From assembly GCF_001306055.1 (NCBI RefSeq), contig NZ_LGHJ01000007.1:30001-62000 (forward strand): a stretch of DNA of 32,000 bases, in the 5' to 3' direction. Positions 18,129-26,532 of the stretch are shown here, one piece after another (within the stretch, counting starts at the first letter, position 1; every line of letters starts with the position of its first letter). Source of the DNA: Bellilinea caldifistulae. Lineage in GTDB: Bacteria; Chloroflexota; Anaerolineae; Anaerolineales; Anaerolineaceae. Position numbers and translations under genes: made by a program. A model generated the notes under the pieces. The model made no database searches. It was not told where the DNA came from and saw only the letters and a program-made list of their open reading frames with translations.

Positions 18129-18860
18129 TCAAACTAAAACTTCATCAAACATTGATTCGAATGGCGTACCCAAATACTTTGAGCGGATCTGCTCAAAATT
18201 TAAAACCACTTCTCTTAGGTCGTCGCTGGTATTTTTTAAGGTCTTCCCTTCAACGGGAAATGGATCTACACCTAAAAAGTCAAAAACCTTTGAAAGAACT
18301 TGATCCCGGTTGATTAGCAAATCCTCGTACACCATTTTTAAGGTGGGCAAATTGAGCTTTTTTGTGAAATTAGTTAATTCTTCATCTGCCTGAATTCTTT
18401 CCAATAAGTATTGGTGAAAGACTTGCGGGTCTATTTCAAAAGCAGGCAAGCGTTCTTTTTCATTGTATAAATTCCAATTACCGGTAACATCATGCAAGCG
18501 CCTGGCATTGATTCTGGAAACTACGGCTTTGACTTGATTTCTTCGTTGCATTTGGATAATACGGACTTTTTTTTCAATCAACAATTGCATAAAGGAGCTT
18601 TTATCCAAAATATCCACTAGCTTGGTCTTAAAACCTACAGCACCATATTTCGTGACCAACGGCGGACTAAAAAATCTTCTTGCCCATTCAATCTGATCTT
18701 CTCCGCTTGCCCCTTTTTGCTTCATCACAGCAAAACGTTCATAAACAGATTGAATTTGAGGATGGGATGTCAAAAGGCTAATCATGTAGGTGCTGCCATC
18801 CCGTTCTATGAATAATATTACGTATGGGGTGACTTGCGAACGTAAGAAAAATTTACGCAT
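18129..18860 (-). CDS. PAPS-dependent sulfotransferase (NodH/Stf0-like), paralog of 1020..1832
   Basis: LFIERDGSTYMISLL (P-loop), QMQRRNQVKAVVS (3'-phosphate-binding motif), MVYEDL. I prefer ATG 18860 (MRKFF...), 1 nt after the upstream TAA, over the TTG at 18875 used in the track. Confidence 0.75.
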   Translation of the reverse strand: MRKFFLRSQVTPYVILFIERDGSTYMISLLTSHPQIQSVYERFAVMKQKGASGEDQIEWARRFFSPPLVTKYGAVGFKTKLVDILDKSSFMQLLIEKKVRIIQMQRRNQVKAVVSRINARRLHDVTGNWNLYNEKERLPAFEIDPQVFHQYLLERIQADEELTNFTKKLNLPTLKMVYEDLLINRDQVLSKVFDFLGVDPFPVEGKTLKNTSDDLREVVLNFEQIRSKYLGTPFESMFDEVLV

Positions 18861-18861
18861 G

Positions 18862-20049
18862 TTAACTGTCCTCAATTTGAGAATTAAGTAACGGAACCGG
18901 GCTTTTCAACACCGATTTCACCAACACGGTAAATGCCCCAAAATTTTTATACAAAGTCGGAAGGGTAAAAAGCGCTTTCCAGGCAGATTTGCGTGCTTTT
19001 GAATAGTTGTGATTGTGATAATAGATAAAAGCCTGGTTTAAAGCTGCCATTCCGATAATTTGACGGGATTCTTTTTTCAAATCACTCAGTTCTTCTGGAA
19101 GATTTTTATAAATACGTTCTAAAAAAGAAACGGGATCCTCCGTTTTTGGAAGGTCAGTCCAACCAGAAAATATATTTCTTAGTCTCAGGTAGCCTTCCTC
19201 GGATAAGGTTGGATCAAGTTTCAGCGCCATTCGAATGTGTTCATGAGCAAATCGAAAATCGGATGATAAAAATCCATGTGCCGCGGCTCTCAAATGCGCA
19301 TGAGCATAAGCTTTAGGTTTCATTTTTTGCCATTCCTGGCTTAAATTGGGGTTAGTAAAGGTTTTTTCCAAAACGGCTAAATTGGCTGTGGTCATTTGCT
19401 CACCGTTACGGGTCATTTGTCCAGTGTGAAAGCGGTATTTAGACACTGCAACTGGAACAACTTCCATGTTACACCCCTCGATGGCTAATCTCAGCCAATA
19501 ATCCCAATCCTCATAGGAGCGTAGCGTTTCATCAAAATAACCAATTTTTTCTTGCCATTCCTTTTTGATCATGACACTGCCGACATGAAAAGGATTACCC
19601 AGAATCAGGTTTTGAATGGGAGAAGGGAGAAAGGTTTCAAATTTTTTTGGTATAACCTTCCCACGTTGATCAATGAGTAAAGCATGGCCAGCGACAAAAC
19701 CCAACTCTGGATTCGCTTTAAACTTATCCATTAAAAGCTCAATTTTTGGGGGTAAAAACATGTCATCCGAGTCAAGAAATGACAGATACTCACCTGAGGC
19801 AGCGCGAATGCCAGCGTTCCGTGCACTGGAAAGCCCTCCATTTTGTTTGTAAAGATATTTGATTTTAGGATTATTGTAAGAATGAGCCACTTCTTGTGTG
19901 TTGTCGGTTGAGCCATCATCCACAACAATAATCTCGATGTTGGGATAGGTCTGATTTAAACAACTTTGGATGGCTTCTCCCAGGTAATAACCCTGGTTAT
20001 AAGCTGGGATGATGATTGTTACAAGCGGTGTGGTGTTGTTTTGCATCAA
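18862..20049 (-). CDS. GT2-family glycosyltransferase with a helical (TPR-like) C-terminal extension
   Basis: 395 aa. VTIIIPAYNQGYYLGEAIQSCLNQTYPNIEIIVVDDGSTDNT and FLDSDD. The C-terminal ~150 aa is helical-repeat-like (HAHLRAAAHGFLSSDFRFAHEHIRMALKLDP). Confidence 0.85.
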   Translation of the reverse strand: MMQNNTTPLVTIIIPAYNQGYYLGEAIQSCLNQTYPNIEIIVVDDGSTDNTQEVAHSYNNPKIKYLYKQNGGLSSARNAGIRAASGEYLSFLDSDDMFLPPKIELLMDKFKANPELGFVAGHALLIDQRGKVIPKKFETFLPSPIQNLILGNPFHVGSVMIKKEWQEKIGYFDETLRSYEDWDYWLRLAIEGCNMEVVPVAVSKYRFHTGQMTRNGEQMTTANLAVLEKTFTNPNLSQEWQKMKPKAYAHAHLRAAAHGFLSSDFRFAHEHIRMALKLDPTLSEEGYLRLRNIFSGWTDLPKTEDPVSFLERIYKNLPEELSDLKKESRQIIGMAALNQAFIYYHNHNYSKARKSAWKALFTLPTLYKNFGAFTVLVKSVLKSPVPLLNSQIEDS

Positions 20050-21611
20050 TCAGCGCTTCCGATCAAGAGGCCATCTGAATATTCAACTCTTCGGATCGAG
20101 GTTGGCAATAACAGATTGATATCTGTTAAATCTGGAAATGCCTTGCTCCGAATTGATGAAAAATATGCAATAATCGCATCCCCTTTGGTTATTTCATTAC
20201 TCATCTGGGTCATATATTCCTGGAAATTTGGATTGGGTATCTGCCGAGTTAGATCTATTTTGCGGGGAAAAGGGGCAGAGATTTTACCGGTCAATAAATA
20301 AATTCCTTCTGGAGAATTGGTGTAGATAGTTAAATCCGAAGGAATTTGCTTCAATTGATTAATTAATTCGGATTCGCGCCAATTTTGATGCGAGAAACCA
20401 ATACCCAACTTATGATAATTCTGAAAAACAGATATTCTTTGTGTAAAACTAATCATGCTAAACGAGAGGACAATCAGGCTTATGGATAGAATCTTAAAAA
20501 CAGGCGAAGTTCTTAATACATTAAAAAAATGTCCAACCCCAGCAGTCACCAATAACCCCGATGCAACAAAAAAAGGGGAAAGGATTCGATCGTCCAAAGG
20601 TGTGTTTGCATCAATAAAGGAGATAGAAATCAAAAGAAATATAAGATAAATGATTGAAAACATTATCAGTATCAAGAAATTCCATTTCGTTTCTTCCGAA
20701 AAATTCTTGTAACGTTTCTCCAGAACAACCAGGAGAGGAATTGCAATTAAAACCAGGATTCCTGACTTGGCTATCCCCGGTAATCCGAGAGGGATCAAAT
20801 ACCAGCTGGCAATTGTGTCGAGCCCTTGTTGAAGTTGGTTTATCCCGATGGGGTGAAAACCAAAACTGCGGTTGGCAAGGTTTCCACCAATTATGATCGT
20901 CCACATTACCCAAACACTCAATAATACCACCCCGGGTGTGGCTGCGTAGACTGCGGTTATAAACCTGTCAAAAAATTTTCCCTTATGATGTAAGAAGATT
21001 GCCCCTGTTACTGAAACGATTAGCGCCACACCACTATAACGGGTGAGACATGCTAAACCGAGCGAAACACCACCAATAAATACCAAACTTTTGCTTTCTT
21101 TACTTAATCCTTTGGCAATCAGAAACAAACCCGTAAAACCCGTTAATAGAAAAAGCGCCTCAGACCATGCCATAATATGGAGGTTTAAAATCAGCGGACT
21201 TATCGCCAGCGGAATCAATAAGACTACGGATAAAGAAGGCATCAATGAATGGGTTAGCTTCCGAAGATACAACCAGAATAGAATCAAATTGCCGCTTAAT
21301 ATCGCTAAATGAAGCCATCGGGTGGATTGAAGAAGAGAACTACCTGTAAGCCCTCCAAGGGAAAGAAAAAATGGATAAAGAGGGGGATAAAAAGTAAGAG
21401 CCTGATCGGGAGGATTTCCATAAGGAATGGTTAATCCTTTTGCGGATAATAAATTATTGGCTACCCCAATATATGCAGCCGAGTCGGGAGATGTTCCAAT
21501 TCCCCATTTTGTGGAGAAAATTAAAAATCCACAAGAGACTAAGATAGCTGTCAGGAGAAAGAAAAGGTTGATATTAGACACACCCGAATTAGTTATTTTT
21601 TTGATAGCCAT
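20046..21611 (-). CDS. GT-C fold membrane glycosyltransferase (ArnT/PMT_2, GT39/GT83-like)
   Basis: 521 aa with many TM segments. The first extracytoplasmic loop has SPDSAAY followed by FYPPLYPFFL, as in lipid-carrier-dependent GT-C enzymes. A soluble C-terminal ~110 aa follows. The family call is by pattern only. Confidence 0.6.
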   Translation of the reverse strand: MAIKKITNSGVSNINLFFLLTAILVSCGFLIFSTKWGIGTSPDSAAYIGVANNLLSAKGLTIPYGNPPDQALTFYPPLYPFFLSLGGLTGSSLLQSTRWLHLAILSGNLILFWLYLRKLTHSLMPSLSVVLLIPLAISPLILNLHIMAWSEALFLLTGFTGLFLIAKGLSKESKSLVFIGGVSLGLACLTRYSGVALIVSVTGAIFLHHKGKFFDRFITAVYAATPGVVLLSVWVMWTIIIGGNLANRSFGFHPIGINQLQQGLDTIASWYLIPLGLPGIAKSGILVLIAIPLLVVLEKRYKNFSEETKWNFLILIMFSIIYLIFLLISISFIDANTPLDDRILSPFFVASGLLVTAGVGHFFNVLRTSPVFKILSISLIVLSFSMISFTQRISVFQNYHKLGIGFSHQNWRESELINQLKQIPSDLTIYTNSPEGIYLLTGKISAPFPRKIDLTRQIPNPNFQEYMTQMSNEITKGDAIIAYFSSIRSKAFPDLTDINLLLPTSIRRVEYSDGLLIGSAD

Positions 21612-21668
21612 GGTCTTTTGGAAAAATTTTTTAGCGTAAAATCAAAAAGATCATTAAGCCTAAAGTTT

Positions 21669-22868
21669 TTACAATTGAAAAGGTTTCAGAAGAATAGAAA
21701 GAAATTTATTTCCGATACCATTGAACTTTTGGTTTTCCTCAGAAATTAACCAGTACAGTGTCCTCTTTTTCACTATTGTCTGTATGAGGATTTTTAAAAT
21801 ATAGGCTATGGTCTTAATCCGATCCAATATATTCGTACCAAAATATTTTGATTTCATTGGCTCACCAAAAAATATTGTAGCAACCGGTTTTTCTTCAGTC
21901 TCTTTTTTCCAAAATCGGATACCGTTTTCAGCGATTAATGAAACCTTTTTACTGTAAAAATGAAAATGAATTTGTTTAGGAAAATATTCACCAAGGTAGG
22001 GAAAATTTCCAGTTAAGGGATATCCATAACGTAACAAGTGTATACCAATAATCCCTTCAGTATAGCGGATCATTTCATCACTTAAGTGGTTTTTCCAGCT
22101 GTACGCTCGATTTTTATCAACAGGTTGTTCAACTTTCTTCTTCCACGGTACATCCTGACTATTTACTTGCTTTCCTGTAGTTGAAGTGTTAAGCATGGAT
22201 TTCTCGTAATTTTCTCCAAGAAATTCACATAATTTCTTTAGCTCGAATTCCGTCTCTGCAACAAGGTCTTCAAAACGCAATGTATATGAACATTGATCTT
22301 TGGTAAAAAATTCATTACTCAATTCATCCATTCGTTTCCAATAATCAATTGCTTCAAAAAACGTCTTTGCACCCCACGGAACATTCATCAAGGACAATGC
22401 TACATCTCGAGGGTCGCGAATTATGCGAATAATTGGCGAATCGGGAAAGTATTCGCGTACTAAACCTAAGTGCTTAATATGGTCGGGTGTTTTTTCTACC
22501 CAACGAGACTTTTTTAATGAATGCATATAGGGTAAAACAATCGAGTTTAATATCGCAGGAACCCCAGGCTGTTGATCTTTCAGATACTCATAAATTTGTT
22601 GTTCTGATCGATGATACTTTTCTAAAATACTAATCCTTTGGGATGTGTTGGCAGTAAAATTTGTAAAGGTTATTGACTTGATGAAGTCCAATGCATTTTT
22701 TGGCCAATGAACAGGATTAACGAGATTTTCTATGTTCTCAAATGCCAATCGTTGGAAAAAGTGAGTTTCTGGCCCGCAACTCATTCGACTATGAGCAGCC
22801 AGCATAGCAGAAAGTAATGTGGTTCCTGATCTCTGAACACCAACTATAAAAATAGGGGGAGATTCCAT
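21669..22868 (-). CDS. PAPS-dependent sulfotransferase (Sulfotransfer_1/3-like) with a ~115-aa C-terminal extension
   Basis: 399 aa. IVGVQRSGTTLL (5'-PSB loop) and IRIIRDPRDVALS (3'-PB motif). The region after about residue 285 has no motif I recognise. Confidence 0.85.
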   Translation of the reverse strand: MESPPIFIVGVQRSGTTLLSAMLAAHSRMSCGPETHFFQRLAFENIENLVNPVHWPKNALDFIKSITFTNFTANTSQRISILEKYHRSEQQIYEYLKDQQPGVPAILNSIVLPYMHSLKKSRWVEKTPDHIKHLGLVREYFPDSPIIRIIRDPRDVALSLMNVPWGAKTFFEAIDYWKRMDELSNEFFTKDQCSYTLRFEDLVAETEFELKKLCEFLGENYEKSMLNTSTTGKQVNSQDVPWKKKVEQPVDKNRAYSWKNHLSDEMIRYTEGIIGIHLLRYGYPLTGNFPYLGEYFPKQIHFHFYSKKVSLIAENGIRFWKKETEEKPVATIFFGEPMKSKYFGTNILDRIKTIAYILKILIQTIVKKRTLYWLISEENQKFNGIGNKFLSILLKPFQL

Positions 22869-22876
22869 TTTAAAAC

Positions 22877-24085
22877 CTAATTAATCTTCCAGGAATGATC
22901 CAGATAAGCTATTCCATTTATTTCATTCCCGCCCCTTACAACAAGGTGATTAGCATTGTTCTTTCTATCGTAGAATGTATACCCGTCAGAATGAAAAATG
23001 ACAGCATCAAAAGTATAGGCGTTCGGAAGTAAGTTAAATTTTTGAAATTCAATATCAACATAACCATCCCCCTCAAAATCTCCAGTGGGAATACCGTCCA
23101 CATCCGTCCGAATTCCAGTAACCTGATGACTATTCAAAATGTGTATTACGACATTGAATACTGGATTTTTTACCAAGGTGTTTGTGTGATAGTAGAGACG
23201 AATTTTTACCTTATCCCCAACATCAAAGATTGTTTGTTTCTCTTCATTTTCATTCAAAATTTCTAATTCTTGGATTGTTATTTCCCCAGTCCCCCCCCGT
23301 ATAAAGTCATTATATTGTTCATAGGTCTTGAGTAAGGATAAACGATAAATATCAATTGCTGATTCTGTATCACCATCATAAATCACCTTTCCTTTCTCAA
23401 GAGCGATTGAGCGAGGACAGAGATGACTGATCGTGTGTAAGTTATGAGAAACAATAATAATGGATACTCCCTTGTTTTTTAATTCTTGAATTCTCACCTG
23501 ACACTTTGTTCTAAAAGCCAGATCGCCAACGGATAATACCTCATCTATAAGCAAAACATCAGGTTCTAAAAATGCTGCTACAGAAAACCCTAAGCGCACC
23601 ACCATACCAGAACTGTAACTTTGTACAGGCATATCTAAGAACTCTGATAAACCGGAAAAGGAAACAATTTCATCAAAACGCTTATTGATTTCCTTCTTTG
23701 AAAATCCCATCAAAGATGCATTGATATATATATTTTCACGGCCTGTCAACACTGGGTTAAAGCCGGCTCCCAGTGCAATCAGAGCCTGCACTCTCCCGTT
23801 AATATTTATTTTTCCTGTGTCAGGTAAAATCAATCCACCTAGCATTCGAAGAAGTGAAGTTTTGCCCGCACCATTGTGACCAATTAATCCGACTGTTTCG
23901 CCAGGTTGCACCTCAAAAGAAATATCCTTTACTGCCCAGAACTCATCTTTACGCAAGTTCAGATAGTTTCTTTCCCTCCCAATCAATTCACTTCCCATAT
24001 CAAGAAGGCCATAATACAATGACCTCCGCATGCTTCTACAAAATTTTTTACTTACTTTATCAATGCGGATAATTGGTTTTGTCAT
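22877..24085 (-). CDS. wzt: ABC transporter ATP-binding protein for glycan export (Wzt/TagH type) with an extra C-terminal domain
   Basis: 402 aa. Walker A GHNGAGKTS, signature YSSGMVVRL, Walker B LLIDEVLSVGD, H-loop IVSHN. Residues ~265-402 form an additional domain beginning GTGEITIQELEILNE, as in the Wzt carbohydrate-binding extensions. Confidence 0.9.
   Translation of the reverse strand: MTKPIIRIDKVSKKFCRSMRRSLYYGLLDMGSELIGRERNYLNLRKDEFWAVKDISFEVQPGETVGLIGHNGAGKTSLLRMLGGLILPDTGKININGRVQALIALGAGFNPVLTGRENIYINASLMGFSKKEINKRFDEIVSFSGLSEFLDMPVQSYSSGMVVRLGFSVAAFLEPDVLLIDEVLSVGDLAFRTKCQVRIQELKNKGVSIIIVSHNLHTISHLCPRSIALEKGKVIYDGDTESAIDIYRLSLLKTYEQYNDFIRGGTGEITIQELEILNENEEKQTIFDVGDKVKIRLYYHTNTLVKNPVFNVVIHILNSHQVTGIRTDVDGIPTGDFEGDGYVDIEFQKFNLLPNAYTFDAVIFHSDGYTFYDRKNNANHLVVRGGNEINGIAYLDHSWKIN
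23291..23298 (-). repeat. G8 homopolymer on the coding strand inside wzt (codons R263-G264-G265)
   Basis: The plus strand reads cccccccc at 23291..23298. The coding strand reads ATA CGG GGG GGG ACT GGG. It is in frame as sequenced. Confidence 0.9.
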
Positions 24086-24963
24086 TATGTCCCCAATTTT
24101 TCAATGAGTATTGGTAGTGATATACGATAAAGTAATAATGAAAAAAAGAAAACAACAATTGTAAGTATTAAAACGATTGTGACATGAAGAAGATTATCTA
24201 TATAACCCACAGTTATTAAGTTTCTTGTGGCAATCAGGATTGGGCTGACAGGATTGATGATACTTATCAACGAAAAAGGGAACTTTTCAGGTAAGGTGTA
24301 AACTACGGGTGTTGCAAAAAATAACAATTGCAATACGATTGGAAGAGATGTCGAAACATCTGAATATAACATACCAATCGGGGTAATCAATATTCCAATT
24401 ACTATTCCAAGAAGAACAAGAACAAAAATCCCAAAAGGCGCTAAAAGAATCCCCCACTGAATTTGAATTTTATAAAAGATCAAAACACCTATGATAATGA
24501 TCATCCTGATGACCACATTGAACATGACACTTAAAAAAGCCGAAAAAATCAAAGCTTCTCGCGGGAAAAAAATTTTTACAATATAAGGCTTTGCGTTTAT
24601 GGTGGCCTTCAATGGTGCATTTACACTGTCCGCAAAAATTTGCCATAATGTTGTTCCAATCAGGACATATGCTGGATAAGGCAAATTGATCGTACTCGTT
24701 GAAATTATGTTCCTGGACTGAAGTAAGATAAAGATTACAGAAGTGATTATGGGAGGAAAAAAAGCCCAAAAAACTCCCAAAAGGCTTTGTCTATATTGTG
24801 CGGAAATATCTCTAATAAATAGCCTCCAAGCCAATTCACGAGATAAGAATAAATCGCGGAGAATAGAACTTAAGAGCTTAAAGAGTTTTGGTGTTGATTT
24901 CTCCGAACCAGAAATGATGGTGTATTCCATCGCTTGTTTCTTCACAACTCTTACCTTTCTCAT
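24085..24963 (-). CDS. wzm: ABC-2 type glycan export permease (Wzm/TagG type)
   Basis: 292 aa. LAWRLFIRDISAQYRQSLLGVFWAFFPP is the ABC-2 N-terminal signature, followed by six hydrophobic segments. Its stop overlaps the wzt start (TAATG), and its start overlaps the upstream stop (ATGA). Confidence 0.85.
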   Translation of the reverse strand: MRKVRVVKKQAMEYTIISGSEKSTPKLFKLLSSILRDLFLSRELAWRLFIRDISAQYRQSLLGVFWAFFPPIITSVIFILLQSRNIISTSTINLPYPAYVLIGTTLWQIFADSVNAPLKATINAKPYIVKIFFPREALIFSAFLSVMFNVVIRMIIIIGVLIFYKIQIQWGILLAPFGIFVLVLLGIVIGILITPIGMLYSDVSTSLPIVLQLLFFATPVVYTLPEKFPFSLISIINPVSPILIATRNLITVGYIDNLLHVTIVLILTIVVFFFSLLLYRISLPILIEKLGT

Positions 24964-26483
24964 TGATGACGACTGTGTTTGTGGCGTAGAGCCAAAAAAG
25001 CAACAATTATTAGAACCGGGAAAATTGCGCTTATGTATATATCGCTCCCCGGATTTTCAGTTGGTTTTATTGGTGAAAATGTGGGAATTACGGTTGCTTC
25101 TAATTTTGGTGCATCTAATTCCGGTTTAGTTGTACTTGGAGTTTCCTCAACCGTAACTGTTTTCCCTATCATGGGATTAATTATTGGCCATGGACTCGGG
25201 GGGAGAGACGGCGCATCGGAAATTATGCCGGTCATAACATAAATTTCATATATCTGACTACCATACCATGCAGCTACAATAGTATTGCCATTTACAATGG
25301 TAACGGTTGGATTGGTCATGTTCGTATCTCCCCCAAAAACAGAGGCTATGGTTGGCTTGCTCCAACGTTCATTTCCGAGATATACACTATGCCACAGACC
25401 TAACCGAGAACCATAGATGTCGTATCCTTCTCGAACTCGATTGGCGATGAATGTATGTAATCTACCTTTGCTGTCATTCGCAAATTGAACCGCGCCATTA
25501 TCCCCAATCAAGATGGGAAATACATCAAAAGGGGTTGTCCATGTTTTGCCATGATCATAAGAGTACATTGCACCACGATACGCTCGAAAACCGCCCTCCC
25601 AAATGGAAACCAGTTGCCCCGGCCCAAGCAGAGCCATGTTATTCCAATCTCGCTCATATTCGTTTTCCAGGCGAACACTCAAGGGGAATGGGTTTGCCCA
25701 GGTTTTTCCATTGTCCTCCGAATAGGTGAAATAAACTGCCTGCCCGTTTCCGGAGCGGTCCCATTCAGTCCATGATAAGTATATAAATCCAGGTGGCTCC
25801 AGTAATATGCGAATATTACTCCCTCCCCTTTCTGGATCTGCGAATTGGAAAATGTCTCTGGGTTCAGACCATGAAACCCCTTTATCTTGGGATGTCAGGT
25901 AAGAAATTGCCCTTCCCTGAATTCCACCCGTCCCGCTGGCATAAGCGATATGCAGCCCTTGCTCAGGGTTGTATGCTATATCTGCAGAATACTGCTGACC
26001 AGTCAGGTTGGCATCTAATTTAATCGGTGGAGACCATGCATTCAAATTGGTTGCTTCCCAACTGGGTACCTGACGGTAATTCAGTGCATATCTTGGAAAA
26101 TCAGGGAGAGTCATCCAAATTAAATGAATTGTGCCATCTTCATCAATTACAGCACGCGGGAATACTGAGATTGGATTGCCATCACTCAATGGCGAAATAT
26201 ATAAATCAATGGGGCGGCTCCAAGTTTTCCCGTTCCAAACGGAATACATGATCGTGTCCGCGCTATTTCCCGGTGTAGGTCCGGTTTTTTCTGCCCAAAA
26301 CAAATGGGCCAGACCAGCCGGGTCTGCTAAGAGAAATGGATCGGTTGAAGTCATCTCAGAATTTGAAATATTCACAGGTGGTTGCCAGTCAATATCAGGA
26401 GCTTGAGCCGTAACTTTCGTCATGGGTTGAATAAACCATACGAAAATCAAAAACAATAAAAAGAAAAATTTGCTGATCATCAT
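24960..26483 (-). CDS. Secreted Asp-box (BNR) beta-propeller protein with a C-terminal TM anchor
   Basis: 507 aa. N-terminal signal-like segment (FFFLLFLIFVWFIQPMTKVTAQA). Asp-boxes SQDKGVSW, SEDNGKTW, SYDHGKTW. Pro/Thr-rich stalk (EETPSTTKPELDAPKLEATVIPTFSPIKPTENPGS), then a TM helix and basic tail (RHKHSRHQ). Confidence 0.75.
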   Translation of the reverse strand: MMISKFFFLLFLIFVWFIQPMTKVTAQAPDIDWQPPVNISNSEMTSTDPFLLADPAGLAHLFWAEKTGPTPGNSADTIMYSVWNGKTWSRPIDLYISPLSDGNPISVFPRAVIDEDGTIHLIWMTLPDFPRYALNYRQVPSWEATNLNAWSPPIKLDANLTGQQYSADIAYNPEQGLHIAYASGTGGIQGRAISYLTSQDKGVSWSEPRDIFQFADPERGGSNIRILLEPPGFIYLSWTEWDRSGNGQAVYFTYSEDNGKTWANPFPLSVRLENEYERDWNNMALLGPGQLVSIWEGGFRAYRGAMYSYDHGKTWTTPFDVFPILIGDNGAVQFANDSKGRLHTFIANRVREGYDIYGSRLGLWHSVYLGNERWSKPTIASVFGGDTNMTNPTVTIVNGNTIVAAWYGSQIYEIYVMTGIISDAPSLPPSPWPIINPMIGKTVTVEETPSTTKPELDAPKLEATVIPTFSPIKPTENPGSDIYISAIFPVLIIVAFLALRHKHSRHQ

Positions 26484-26532
26484 GAATTGGAAGGAGAGTT
26501 AAACTGGAAAAGGGGGCGTGATTTTTCTTAAG

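Noticed and set aside
18861-18875. The TTG start at 18875 for the 248-aa sulfotransferase ORF.
   Set aside because: It overlaps the upstream GT2 gene by 14 nt. An ATG at 18860 sits 1 nt after that gene's TAA and still precedes the P-loop.
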